DNA from: Isurus oxyrinchus
Lineage: Eukaryota
DNA length: 64,000 nt
Direction of reading: 5' to 3'
Assembly: GCA_026770705.1 (NCBI GenBank)
Contig: JANJGN010000005.1
Location: 187,488,001-187,552,000 of the forward strand
Position 1 is the stretch's first letter, and each line of letters opens with the position of its first letter. Below, one piece after another: positions 62,241 to 64,000 of the stretch. A program made the translations under genes and the position numbers. The notes under the pieces are model-generated. The model saw only the letters and a program-made list of their open reading frames with translations, was not told where the DNA came from and searched no databases.

Positions 62241-64000
62241 CCCGATATCACTCCTGTCAGGGTCGGGCGTGTGCCCGATATCACTCCTGTCCGGGTCGGG
62301 CACTCACCCGATATCACTCCTGTCCGGGTCGGGCGTGTACCCGATATCACTCCTGTCCGGGTCGGGCACTCACCCGACATCTCTCCTGTCCGGTTCGGGC
62401 GTGTACCCGATATCACTCCTGTCCAGTTTGGGCGTGTACCCGATATCACTCCTGTCCGGGTCGGGCACTCGCCCGATATCACTCCTGTCCGGGTCGGGCA
62501 CTCACCCGATATCACTCCTGTCCGGGTCGGGCACTCACCCGATATCACTCCTGTCCGGGTTGGGCGTGTGCCCGATATCTCTCCTGTCCGGGTCAGGCGT
62601 GTGCCCGATATCACTCCTGTCCGGGTCAGGCGTGTGCCTGATATCTCTCCTGTCCGGGTCGGGCACTCACCCGATATCTCTCCTGTCCGGGTCAGGCGTG
62701 TGCCCGATATCACTCCTGTCCGGGTCGGGCGTGTGCCTGATATCTCTCCTGTCCGGGTCGGGCACTCACTCGATATCACTCCTGTCCGGGTCGGGCGTGT
62801 ACCCGATATCTCTCCTGTCCGGGTCAGGCGTGTGCCCGATATCACGCCTGTCCGGGTCGGGCGTGTGCCTGATATCTCTCCTGTCCGGGTCGGGCACTCA
62901 CTCGATATCACTCCTGTCCGGGTCGGGCGTGTACCCGATATCACTCCTGTCCGGGTCGGGCGTATGCTCGATATCACTCCTGTCCGGGTCGGGCACTCAT
63001 CCGATATCACTCCTGTCCAGGTCGGGCGTGTGCCCAATATCACTCCTGTCCGGGTTGGGTGTGTGCTCGATATCACTCCTGTCCGGGTCGGGCACTCACC
63101 CGATATCACTCCTGTCCGGGTCGGGCGTGTACCCGGTATCTCTCCTGTCCGGGTTGGGACACTCACCCGATATCACTCCTGTCCGGGTCGGGCGTGTGCC
63201 CGATATCACTCCTGTCCGGGTCGGGCACTCACCCGATATCACTCCTGTCCGGGTCGGGCACTCACCCGATATCACTCCTGTCTGGGTCGGGCACTCGCCC
63301 GATATCACTCCTGTCCGGGTCGGGCATGTGCCCGATATCACTCCTGTCCTGGTCTGGCGTGTGCCCGATATCACTCCTGTCCGGGTCGGGCGTGTGCCCG
63401 ATATCTCTCCTGTCCGGGTCGGGCGTGTACCCGGTATCTCTCCTGTCCGGGTCGGGCACTCACCCGATATCACTCCTGTCCAGGTCGGGCGTGTGCCCAA
63501 TATCACTCCTGTCCGGGTCGGGCGTGTACCCGATATCACTCCTGTCAGGGTCGGGCGTGTACCCAATATCACTCCTGTCCGGGTCGGGCGTGTACCCGAT
63601 ATCTCTCCTGTCCAGGTCGGGCGTGTACCCGGTATCTCTCCTGTCCGGGTCGGGCGTGTACCCGATATCACTACTGTCCTGGTCAGGCGTGTGCCTGATA
63701 TCACTCCTGTCCGGGTCGAGCACTCGCCCGATATCACTCCTGTCCGGGTCGGGCGTGTGCTCGATAGCACTCCTGTCTGGGTCGGGCACTCACCCGATAT
63801 CACTCCTGTCCGGGTCGGGCGTGTGCTCGATATCACTCCTGTCCGGTTCGGGCACTCACCCGATATCAGTCCTGTCCTGGTCGGGCGTGTGCCTGATATC
63901 ACTCCTGTCCGGGTCGGGCACTCACCCGATATCACTCCTGTGTGGGTCGGGCGTGTACCCGATATCACTCCTGTCCGGGTCAGGCGTGTACCCGATATCA
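62241..64000. repeat. 33-bp tandem satellite, ~53 units, continuing past the window end
   Basis: Unit CCCGATATCACTCCTGTCCGGGTCGGG(CGTGTG|CGTGTA|CACTCA|CACTCG). Confidence 0.98.

Noticed and set aside
62120-63968. Long ORFs (491, 325 and 290 aa) on both strands
   Set aside because: They follow from a stop-poor 33-bp unit being a multiple of 3. They are open in several frames and have no splice or domain context.
62241-64000. CRISPR-like appearance (palindromic ~30-bp repeats)
   Set aside because: No unique spacers and no cas genes, in a vertebrate context; it is a tandem satellite.

Overview
Vertebrate genomic DNA, most likely from a cartilaginous fish (shark-type Deu-domain SINEs, CR1/L2 LINEs, Penelope-like and Harbinger elements). 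The only host gene I can support is the 40-nt first coding exon of a teashirt zinc-finger gene (TSHZ family, probably TSHZ2) on the minus strand at 17509-17548. It lies in a CpG-rich, apparently transposon-free block (~15-25 kb). Bases 1-17508 are the 5' part of its long intron 1, with candidate Hox/Pbx/Meis enhancers, and 25-64 kb is repeat-rich upstream gene desert. The desert holds two decayed two-gene PIF/Harbinger transposons (HARBI1-like transposase plus a spliced Myb/SANT gene), Harbinger MITEs, and a 33-bp satellite that appears to have grown out of a Harbinger subterminal palindrome. It also holds several Penelope-derived repeats carrying minimal hammerhead ribozyme motifs, including two ~100-bp hammerhead mini-elements with matching ends and target-site duplications. 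Almost all ORFs in the track are spurious or transposon remnants. Boundaries of old repeats were placed by eye and are approximate, and family names come from recalled consensus motifs, not from database searches.
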